64,000 bases of DNA from Orbicella franksi (Eukaryota), in NCBI GenBank assembly GCA_964199315.1, contig OZ116698.1, forward strand, positions 36,704,001 to 36,768,000, written 5' to 3'. Positions 1 through 12,000 of this stretch are shown here, one piece after another. Position 1 is the first letter of the stretch; each line of letters starts with the position of its first letter. A model generated the notes under the pieces. That model was not told where the DNA came from and made no database searches. It saw nothing but the letters and a program-made list of their open reading frames with translations. Position numbers and translations under genes: made by a program.

Positions 1-3000
1 CAGGTTATGAAGCACCAGCTTGCCTATGGTGTAGTTCATGAGGCACCAGCTGTAGGACTCGTGGTCCAAATGATTTTTAGGTTCAGTTTTCTTCCTTCTT
101 TTCGACGAGAAATAGTCATGATCGCTCTCAGTGTCACTTTCAAAGATTTCATCATCGTCATCCTCAGAGTCACTGGCATCATCTTCAGAATCATAATTCT
201 TCGCTCCTTTCTCTTCCACACGTTGTGGCTGAAAGATAAAACAGAACCAGAACAGAACCAATATGATCCTTTACGAAGTTCTAGGTCAAGGACAGGTAAG
301 TGCTGAGCATGGCACATGTGTTACATGTGTCACGTTTGTCACATGTGTCACGTGTGCCACGTTTGTCACACGTGTCACACGTGTGTCATGTGACACACCA
401 CGCCAAGTTAATGGGAGAACAAAAAAAGAAACACAAAAGGCAGTTTCTCTTCGGGTTGGGAGTAATCTGTTTTGTTGTCCATTTATCAATGGTTCACTAA
501 CAACATCTACTTCATTCACTTCAAATCCACTGATTCCCCAACCTTTGTTTTCATACAGATCTTGAAAAGAAAAAGACAAATCCATACAGTTTCCATAGGA
601 CCTTTCATTTTATACTTATGAAATCGTTTTTAGATTGCATAAACTTCAAATAGATGATTAAATAATAGTGTTAAAACATGACGTTCCCTTCTAGAGAAGC
701 GCGTTCGTCTAACAATTTCACAAGCAGTGAGTTGCTTGTTTGATAAGAGCCATGTTGGTGGCTAAGACTAATGCGGGCCTTCATTCCAAACCTAACTTCT
801 GGCCTGTACCTTGCTGATGAAGTACTCCATTAGAGTACTTCTTGGTGGAATAAATTGTTCAATATAAACAGGTTTGACATCTGATGTGAGCCACTGGGAC
901 ATTGTTTCTGTTAAACTTTGTCCTAACAGCTTGAAGTTCCATCGCTGTCGCGCACCTTGCCAATACTTGTCACCTCTTCCACGCCCATCAGGATTTCCGG
1001 GGGTAGGAGGTCTTGGCTTCTTTTTGCTATCAGTCCCACTTCCTGCAAGAAATTACCAAGTTTGAGTCAAGAGTGATTTACAGTGTTGCTGCGACGCGAC
1101 CTGACCTTAATAAGAGCAGCTTTAAGCCTAAATATCAACTAGACCTGGAAAGAGCGAAAAAAAATGGAATTTCTTCAAACTCGCCCAGAATGAAGCTCTA
1201 CATGGACTAGTTATCAAAACATTGTTTTAAGTTCGATAAATCAATTATTATTTTTTTACGCAATTTTTTTCCCTTTTTGATACCCCAAATCGGCCAAAAT
1301 CGATCGAAAATGAGCGGCATGTTCAGAGGCTCATAAACTGAAAAGTAAAAATCGTTATTACAAACTGATTGTACGTCGCATTTATACCCACTTTCTTATA
1401 TATTAAATAAAGCAAATGTACAAGTGCTTTTTGCATGGCTAGCAAACAACAATTAGGTAATGCATTTAGCTGTGCATCATGGATTTATGATACATTGAGA
1501 GCGTACGAAGAAGCGCGAGAGTTGCTCGAAGAGCAATTAAAAACAACTCTAACCAAGCCTCTGAATTGTTTTACAACACTGCCAATGGAAAAGGCAACGC
1601 AAAGTTGTTTTACTCCCAACAAGAACTTGTGTCATTTTAATTTAAGTACGCTTTGGAGCTCGAAAGGGCAACTTCACGAGCTATGTCACACACCATACAT
1701 TATCTGTTTCTAAAGTTGCAACCTATGCGTAAACTAATTCAGTTTACACGCGTGAAAGATACGGTATTCACAAATTCAATTTTCCCCGCCAAACAAGTTT
1801 CATGTTGATGAATTTCGCACTCATTAAGCGTATTTGTTTACCATTTACAACATATAAACTTGAAAAAGAAACCACCACTGTATTTTCAGAATGTTTACTT
1901 CAAGGATCTGCGGTCATCTAAACCTAAGCAAAATTAGGTAAGTAAAGTTACGCTTAAATTATGTTCTGTAGACATGTATGCTACAAAGGATCTGTTTAAG
2001 ATACAACATGCAGCTGCCATTAGATAGAAACTACACTCACCTCCACTTTGCTGCAGAGCACTTCGTAAGCCTCCTCCAAACACCATGCCCCACATTCCTG
2101 CCTTAAGGGAGTTAACAACTAATCGATAGAGTTGATTTGGTTGCGAGTTGGACCAAGCAAGGGCTAAAAGACTAAGGTACACTGCTACACAAGCTTCTCC
2201 CAACATGATTCGTAGCTTGGTGCTGTTGTCTTTGTTTTCTGTGGCTAGCAGAGAGAGCAGCAAACGGACTCCTGGCCATTTAGACGGTGAACTGCCAGGA
2301 CTTGCTGCTTTGTTTGGATCAGTTGCACTGCCATCTTTGCCACCTTTGGCTAAAAAGCAAACATCAACATATTTGTAATAGGATTATCAATTCTATTAGT
2401 AGCTGGAGAACATGACGATTTCAAACGTCTCCTGATGACAGCTGGCTATTCAAATCCTGGGAACTATAGAATACTCAATGCAAGACTTCTCACTAATGAG
2501 AGACAATGGACATTCGCAATTTTTCAAGGACCTGTTGGTTTACCATGGTTGACACAGACATCACTTTTCAAAATTCTCTGACTTTTTCCCTGATAAAAAT
2601 AGCATTTCCCTGACCAAACAAAAATACAAAATGTCAGATCTACATGTAGTAGCGGCTTCTAGCGCGAACTTACAACCGCCCTTTCTACTCGTTCATTAAG
2701 ACTGAAAAGTTTTCAACAAATTTTCCTTCTTCATTGAGGAAAAACATAATTGAGTTCACAATGACCCCAAAGTTTCCTCCAGCTTTCAATGGTATTAAAT
2801 CAGCCGCGTTAAATTACTTCAATTTTCCCTGTTTTTTCTTCAAAATGTCAGTTTTTCCTAGCTTAGAATAAAATTCCCTGACTTTTTCAAGACCTTAAAA
2901 AAGTGTTTTCCCTGACCATTTCCTGACCTGTGGTAACCCTGTTTAACAAATGTGGACATGTCACAGTCGGTTGTCGTCAATGTAATATGTCACAGTTTTA

Positions 3001-6000
3001 GTCACGAAAACGTTTGTTCTAGAGTAAGAGGTCTGCCAACTATTAGAAATTCTACCTTCCGTCAATCAGACCATGTCATTATAATGCTCACAGATTGCAA
3101 ATTAAGGCTTTCTGGCATATATTTTTTGCATTTTGTTCCTTGCTAAAACCTTGCAGTCAAATTTCATAGCTGGAGTCAGATTTGAACATTTCAAAGGATA
3201 CTCCAAAAGATATTTCTTCCGCGATTGTTTCCACGGTACATACCATTCTACTTTCAGTCAAACAATCTATTGTCTGTTACCCGTTACCTGTGGAAAGACC
3301 TAGTGACGCTTTCCTCTGAGAAGCTTTAGATCCACCTAACGCACCCTTTTCCTGGGTCATGCCTGTTAGACTCTGATAGATACAGTCTGACAGCGTGCCT
3401 GTCATGTTGTGTAGTACATTGGCTAAACGAATTGGATGGCTGGGAGATGGCGGACCAGGCAAACTGTGCAGAAAAATACTCATGGTAAGCTAAAAAACTG
3501 TTTCATATTGAATGTTTATAGCGGTCGATACGATTAGACACAGCTAGCTAGTTCTCAGACATGCCACTTAACTGAAAGAAAAAGTTCACTTACATGTAGG
3601 ATCTCTTAGTCAATAAAAGCAGTGAGTTTATAAATGCAAACAGGATTTTGTAAGTCATAGTCAAAATTAATATAAAACAATCTATACTCTGCTTTAATTT
3701 ATGTTCTGAATAATAACTCAGTCAATATTTAATTTTAGTGACTGTAAGCGCCAGACCCTCAAGAATTTAATCAAGTTGGGATAAATCCTTGGATTGTTTT
3801 CCTCGTAAGCGAGGAAACACAATACGCATTCTTAGTCTGCTACGGAAACGGAAAATTCTTTTCACCTGAAGACAAATCTAAGAATATCCCGTGTGAGGGA
3901 CTGTAAGAATCCAAGAGGACTGGCCAGAAAAGAGTAAGCCGACACTGACGCCAGGATAAGAGGGGGGACGGATGGTCCTGCTGAGGGCACGTGCAGCGGT
4001 GACACAAGTGAATGCATCTGTTCAACCTCATGAAGCAGCAGTAGGAGTTCCATGTTCATTGCTACAAAAAGGTCAACGATAAGTTAAATCCGCTCCAGTC
4101 GGTGAGATTGCAATAACCAAAACTTGGCTTCTGAAGGGAGTATTTACTACATCCCTAGGTGGAAGCAGCGTGATTCTTTGAATATCTACAGTCGCTCGCT
4201 CTCACTACCTCTTCACACCATCAGTGACATACCTTTCGGCTGATTCTCGTATGGACAGAGATCACTCGCTCACTCGAGCAACCTCAGCCTGTATGAGAAT
4301 CAGGCTAGGATGGAGCAGACACATTTGGTAGTGGCTAGCATCCTAGACCCTGCTTCAAATAGTCTAGGTTCGAGCACTGGCTGAGGTCATTGTGTCACGT
4401 TCTTAGGTAAGATAGTTAATTCTCAGAGTGCCTCTCTCCACCTACTAGTATAATGGCTATCTGGTAACAGGACAAAGTGCTAGGGGGTAACTTGCAATGG
4501 ATTAGCATCCCATCCAGGGGGGAGTAAGGGGAGCAGCAGTACTCTATACGTTCTGCCAGTTTGGGGGGGGGGGGGTACCTTTGACCCTATTCCTTGACCT
4601 GGGATGTTAGTCTATCTCAGAACAGTTTGTTACATTGCCACAAGAATTTTATCACCCCGTACACCTGAGTGGAAGGTGGCAATGTGCATGTACAACCATG
4701 ATGCAAGGAATCAAACAAGAGATAAACACATTACCTGCTAGATCTCCACCACTGGCTCCATGAAGAGAGCAATAATTCAGCAAGATTGTTAGTAGTTTCT
4801 GATTCTTTTTTAGCCACTGAATGTGCTTGGCAGAGCGGTCAATTTTCAGAGCAATGTAGTTTTTATCACCGGTGCTTCCTTCTTGTAGTTCATCTGCTGT
4901 GAGATAAAATGACACAGACAGCAAGCGTGAAGCAGGGAATTTAAAACATTAGTAAGTACATTTTCAGATCTTTGTGTTAAATGCACTTTAGTGTTACTTC
5001 ATACAAATGTTTTTGACAATACTTTGCTGGTTTGCCTGATGCCATGCCAATCAAAGTTACGTGAATAACAATTTCCAGACTTGCAAAACTATAGCTTAAC
5101 AGTTCTTCCAAAACAAGACCATCAAACTATGTGTGTCTTTCAAAATCTCAAACAACTATTTGAGAATTGACAACTGACCAAAACGCATCAGAACAGGGGT
5201 GCAGTCACAGGCAGCCTAAGCCCATGACATGAACAATGCAGGTAATTAAAAGCCGTACGCCCCCTTATATGTTTTCTGGTGTGCCAGTGAGTTATTCCAC
5301 TGATCGGAGGGGAGAGAGAGTTACAGCGTGATCCAATTCCAAACAAGCCGATAGGGTAACATAACTCTCAGAATTTCAGGGGAACTGATGTGGTGAGGGG
5401 TATGCAGCAAGATTCATAACTTCGCTTGCTTCAGAGTATCGTGAGTCTGGGTTACCTTCATTGCAGCTGGTCCCTACCTGACTCAACATTGATTTCAACA
5501 GCATCCTCCTCTTCCTCGTCGCTCTCCTCCGCCACACTTCCATAGTCCGACATCTTGTGCAGGATCTCCAGTTCTTTTTCTAACCACTTTATAAAAAACG
5601 GCCTCAAATCTTCGTCAGCAATCTCACAACTTGAAGGTAAGCCATGCAGTTCATTGATCAACAGTTTCAGCATTGCAGAAAACTTCATCTGCTGGGCAAC
5701 AACATCTAAATGGCGTGTCTCTTTTGACTTTGCAACGCGAGATTCACTATTTTGCAAATTAGTATCTTCAACTGAGCTCTCTTTTCCAGTCTCTGAGTCA
5801 TCATGAATGTCGTAACTACCATTTATTCCATCTAACCCAATTCCACCAAGCTTTTCCGACACAGGCTGGCTCCAATCAAAACCATTTGACAGGTCTTCCA
5901 ATCCACCACCACCCAACTTTGATGAAACAGGTTTAGACCAGTCAAAATCATCAACACCACCACCAAGATCAGAGGCCAATGGCTGACTCCAGTCGAAATC

Positions 6001-9000
6001 AGCTGAGGAATCGCCACCGAGTTTGGATGAGATGGGCTTACTCCAGTCCATCTCTTCAGCTTTGCCATTAGCCAGTGCATCTGTGTATGAACCACCGAAT
6101 GAAAAGTCACTTAGTGTACCAGTGCTGATCATGTCACCTGTCACATCATCGACAGTCCCACTGGTCTCTTCAACCAGTGATTCATCTTCTGTGGGCCTGT
6201 CCACATCTCGTTCAGATGTGTCTGTCGCCGGTAATTCCATTAACACCTGCAGAGCTAGAGCAGGGCACCCCGAGTTCAAATGTGCATGGGCCGTCTTGAA
6301 GAAGAGTTGTCTTTCCATGGGAGTTAAAGGTTCGTCAATGATCTCTTCCTCGGTGATACTTCTCATCTGCCTTGGAAGATTTCTTACACCAGATTTCGTC
6401 TTGTTCTTGTTGTCGTGTTCATGCATGAACCGTCTTCTTTTAATCAGTGGATGCTTGCGCAGATGGAGGTAAAAGTTGAATATGTCAGGATTTCCACTGG
6501 CTGCTAGTGGATTGCATTTCCTTTCTTGTGATTTGTGAGTGGTTGGTTCAAATATCAGTGTTTCCAGAGCTTGGTTGTAGTCTTTCATGATCCAGTATGC
6601 AATGCTTCGAAGAAAAGGGTCTGAAATGGTAATGAATAGTGCTGTTGTCATTACATACCTCGATAACAAACGGAGATGATTTGGTTACATTTACTCAGAT
6701 TTTATCGGGAATTATCCTCATTTCTCTCATAGCTTTATATCTTGTATGCCAATTTTTTCTAAGCCGTTGGACTCAAAGATAAGTGTTTACTTGTTGAAAG
6801 TCGCGACTCTTGCGGTTACAAGTTAAAACACCTTTAGTAGCCATTCAGCTGTTCAGTTTTGGAAATCTGCAAATCTGATTGCTTCTTTCATCGTTTTCCA
6901 AACGTTGATGAACAAAGATCGTGTACACGCTGCTATTGAAACTGAAAATTATTGTGCAGTTTAGGCTCAAAAAATACAAAAATTGTAGGTTTAGTGCTGT
7001 AATCCTCTGGAGTGTCTACAAAACAATAATTTAGATTATTCACTCTCGTTTTCTATGCGGGAATAGTCTAATTGTTAAAGACAGACCATAGTAATCAACG
7101 CATGTGATAGATATTCCAGAAACAACGAAAAAACATAACTATTATCCAAAGTTACACCACTGTGAAATCAATGCTTCAAAGACCAATCAATAAGAGGTTC
7201 AGTAATTTAAGAGATGTCTCTTTGTCTGGTTTAAGTTCCATGGAAGCTTTTTATTACACCTTACCCTGGATTGGTTCATGCGCATTATCACCCTGACCCA
7301 GTAGACACTCCTTTAAAATGCGGGTGTACAGAGGTCCCCTTGAAGTGTCTTCCTCATACAGTCGAGCCAGGACCATAGCCAGTTGAAAATCATGAAGTCG
7401 GCTAATGCAAACCTGAGTAAGGGATTAAGTAGGAAAATTTAAAATACACCCTGACGATTTATATGCAATTTTAAAATATCATTACTCCCCTAAATGTTGA
7501 CATCAATTTACAGAAGCATCCAACCAGAATCCTGGCTCCATTCTCAAACTCATTAATAATTCACCAAGTTAAAACAAACAAAGTAATAACCGTGGAGGAG
7601 GTTTGGATACCCGGTCTTAATTAGCATAGATTTTGACAATTTTACTTCTCCGTTTACTCCTTAGTTTTTGTTTCGATTGAGAAGATATATCAAACACTCA
7701 AGACAGTGTTTCATCGGCTATCCAAACACCACGAATTTCGTCAAAAATACTCCGCTGCACGTCTTATTTTCAACTCTCTTCTCGGTGTTTCGAGATATCC
7801 CGATGAAACACTATCTCTTATGTTTGATATATTACGTCAAACAAGTGGGCCCTGACGTATAATTATTATTCGAAGTGAGAAGAGGTTTTAAGCACCTGTA
7901 TTGCATCCCACAATGAACCTGCCAGGAGGAAAAACGCTGCAGCGTGATCAAATCTCTGTTTGCCTAACAAAGAGTAGGCATTCTTCAGAGCTGCTTTACG
8001 CCATCTGTCTTGAGTGAAGTCCCTAGCAAAAAACTGGGACATCTTGGTATCTCTAACAGTTCTGCCAATAATAATAATAAAAAAAAGCTTTAGGTTCAAA
8101 TCCTTGCACAAAGCTTTGTAATGATAGATACTAGGAAGGCTCAAGTAGCTGTTTGCGCTAGCTAATAGAAAAGCTTTAATACATTCTGGGCTGTACAGGG
8201 TTTAACCACAGAAACCATAGTCCCCTTATCCATTGGTTACAACTTACCTTCACGTATTGAAGAACAAAGCTCTATCTAAGTACTTTGACATGTAGAGAAC
8301 TTGCAAAACTTAAAATATCAGAAGTGACTGATAGATGAACAATTTACCACTGGCTACGAGTGTCATAAACTAGTTACTGAGAGAACAGACACAAATTTAC
8401 ACTGAAACTACAACAAACCTATACAATCCACAGACGACATTCTTCTTTTTCATCGCCAAGTAAAACAATGCACAATCGATGGGTTCTTGCTTCTTTGAGA
8501 ACTGTGCCTTGGCAGTCTAAAAGAAACAATATCCACAACCGTTAAATAAAACCTGAAAGCCTGCTCCTGTGATAGAACTATGGCATGTGTCTAACCCGGA
8601 ACGTTTGGGTAAGCAAAACTGATAGACTGTTGTTGAACTGAGGGGAAGTCAGCATGTTTTTGAAACGTCACAATGTTCTCACCTTAGTGACAATCGCACT
8701 CGTTGTATCGCAAATTGTAATAAATTTGTGAGAAGGAGGCTACACACTTGTTTAGGAACTTATCGGAATGCAGTTTTACGGAAAAAGACAGCACAAAAAA
8801 AAAAGGTTCAACAAGATTCAAATCAAAAAGAGTGACGAAGCGTTAATTACTTTCAGGCGAAAAGCTGCTGTATAACTGCAGTTCGCAAGTCTGATTCACC
8901 GCACCCATTTCTTGTGGGATAAAACTGTTGCAAACAATGTGAAAAGCAAGTTAAGGGCTATGTGTTTTAAAATTGGCTTTCTAACCGTTTCATTCATGAC

Positions 9001-12000
9001 ATATAGATCACGTTTGTGCGTATACTGGCAAACATTATGTCACCGCTTCTTTTTATTTAGTTACCTTCTCTATGAGCCTTCTCAGTGTGTCATTACTTCT
9101 GACCCACCATCCAATTCCGTATTTCCTCAATTCCGACCAAATGGCTTCACCTCTCAGCACTGGAGGAACCATAGCTAACAGTTCTTCCTCGGATTCAGAA
9201 TGGAAAGCCCAGCCATAGTATGAAGAGGACAAACCCTACAAGAATTCAACACTTAGCAACAATACTTAGTAGAAGTACAATGTCTGAATGCGTATGCATA
9301 GGGAAGGTTAGTGTGCAAACAGGAAAAATAAGAGTGCTAAGGAGGAGAGAGTTTCTGCATATTTGGTATAAGGTGTACAGGTGTCTGCTTTGGAGGGAGT
9401 CCCGATCATTCACTAAGAATAGGCAAGTGTTTGCGTGGGGTATACAGGAGCCTGCTTATGACAGAGAGGCATCCACTAAGGGAAGGTGACTGTCTTCCTG
9501 GGGCAGATGAATGTCTGCTTAGGAGTGATTAGTGTCCATTCAAGGAAGGTGAGTGTTTGTTGGGATGTTCAAGTGTCTTCTTATGAGAGATGACTGTCCT
9601 CTCAGCAGAAGTGAATGTCCACTCAAGCATGGTAAGAGTCCGCTTACAACAGACAAGTGTAAGAGACGACCATCTGTCTAGCAAATTCTCTGCTCAAAAA
9701 TAGTACGTGTGTGGTTAGGCATGCGAGTGTCTGCTTTGCATTTTCGTGAGTGTACAGTTACCAGGGTGTATGTCTGCTAAAGAAAGGTAAACTGCCTGGT
9801 GGGAAAGAGTCTCTGCTTAGGGGTAAGATTCCATTGAGGAGTTTGAGTGTCTGCTTAGAAGAGGTTAGCGTCCACTTCACAGAAGTGAGTTGCGGAGAAG
9901 GCGAGATGAGCGTTGGTAGAAGGCCAGTTTCACTTACTTTTTCCTCAAGCACTGCTCTGTGTTTAGGAGGAAGCGATCTCATCAGGCAGGTATGATGTCT
10001 CATGGCAAGTAAAAACCGCAGCCCACACTCATCAACAGCATCTCCACCACTCCCTGCTGTGGCACCAATACTCCCTGTCGTAGCATACCCACCCCCTCCC
10101 CCACCGGGACCTCCCATAAGACCGCCAATGCTACTGTAACCTTCATCTGGGGAAAAACAATCAAAGCTCGATCAACTTATCTATATTGTAGTATTTAACC
10201 AGAAGTGTATAGTTCAATCTGGTACATGTAACTATAAGCACACGAAAAAGGTGAGATGAGATCTCTTTTCAATACAATAACCAGACAATCAAAATGACCA
10301 ATATATAATAACCTACCCTCTTTCTTTGCAAATTTGACTCCTCTTTCAATAGAGCCAGGGCTTTCTTCCAAGTCTAGTTTGGCGGAGGCAAATGTATCTG
10401 CCAAGGCCAACAATTCCAGTTGTTCAATACTGGTTAAGCCAGGAAGGGGTTTCTTTGTGAGTTGATAGGACAGCAATCGAGCCTGAGGGGAAAACGAGAA
10501 ATCACAACATTACCAAGATAAGCAAGGAACAAATTACAGTAAAAACCATACCCTTTGAATACTACACATGTTATGCAGTAAATGGTCTAAAACAATCTAA
10601 GTTCTCATAGTGTCTAAAGATCTAATAAAATAATAAAATCTAATAGACTTCTTTCTATTCAGAATATACTCTTTCATTTTAGTTTCATTTACCTATACTT
10701 TAACGTTACATCACACGTACTGTTACAGACCTGTGCCAAGCCAAAGTGTACAGGACTACCAGCCTGTGCCACATGTGTTGGACTGCTTTTGTTTCTCTTC
10801 CTATCCAGGAATCTGTTGTCCTCATCATCTGATTCAAAACTAGAGCCATATCGGGATGTTTCAAACAGGGCACTGTAATCAGTTTCATCTGTCGATGCCC
10901 CTTGAGCTCCATCCACTGAGTCCCCTAATGAAACAAGGAGGGTCACTTAGTAAATGCAGGCAAGAGTAGCAAGCGTGACCAAGGTTATGAAAGTGGAAAA
11001 GGTGTCTAGGGTGGCAAAGATGGCAAGAGTGGCAAAGCTGGCCAGGGTAGCAAGGGTAGCAAGGGTGGAAACAGTGGGCAGGGTAGCCAGGGCGACGAGG
11101 ATGGTGAGGGTGGCAAAGCTGGTCAGGGTGGCAAAGGTAGGAAGGGTGACAAAAGTGGGCAGGGTAGCCAGGGCGACGAGGATGGCAGAAGTGGCAAAGC
11201 TGGCCAGAGTGGCAAGGGTAGCAAGGGTGGCAACGGTAGGCAGGGTGGCCAGGACTGCGAGGATGGCAGAAGTGGCAAAGCTGGCCAGGATGGCAAGGGT
11301 AGCAAGGGTGGCAACGGTAGGCAGGGTGGCCAGGGCTGCGAGGATGGTAGAAGTGGCAAAGCTGGCCAGAGTGGCAAGGGTAGCAAGGGTGACAACGGTG
11401 GGCAGGGTGGCCAGGGCAGCAAGGATGGTGAGAGAAGCAAAGTGGCAAAAGTGGTGAGGGTGGTGCAGAGATCAAAATCTTCAGAAGGTTGTTCATAAAG
11501 CAATCATCTTCTTTGCTTTGACGATTTTTGTTGGTGGTGGCTTATTTTTGACAGTGCAAACCAGCAATTGAAGTAATACTCATGAGAAATATTAGCTTAG
11601 GTTGGCTTCTTGAATTTGAACATATTGGGCATCTATAGACTAAGAACAATAATTATGTTAAAGAGGGAATGAAAAACCAGCTTAGCAGAGGAATATGTAT
11701 ACAGAGGAAACAGAAATGGAGTTCTAAGGACTGAAAGACCAACCATACAAATCCTATGTGTAGGCCATGAATTTCTGTCACTCATTGGAAAATGTACCCA
11801 CCTGTGTTGCAGGAGGAGGGATGGTGTGACAGACCAAGGAAACATTATCTAATAATCACATAGCAATCTTTCACGAGGATAACTGTAATTGTAAAGATTC
11901 TAGAGGTTGCCTTTACTCAAATCTCAAACAACTACAGGGGTGGCGCGGTGTGAGATATTCGAACTCCACTTGATAGATTCAAACTGATTTAATGACAGAT

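Noticed and set aside
7-585. Several overlapping 66-100 aa ORFs
   Set aside because: Antisense or off-frame shadows of DMXL exon 1-228 and the tgtcac repeat. The real frame lacks a start codon and is not in the track.
10990-11460. CRISPR-like or collagen interpretation of the regular repeat
   Set aside because: No unique spacers and no cas genes in a eukaryotic intron. Gly is not fixed at every third residue, so it is not a Gly-X-Y collagen.
10885-11503. Track ORFs of 203, 167 and 126 aa (His/Cys/Pro-, Arg/Val/Ala- and Pro/Leu-rich)
   Set aside because: They are alternative readings of the intronic 9/81-bp minisatellite. None is in frame with the flanking DMXL exons, which splice in phase without them.
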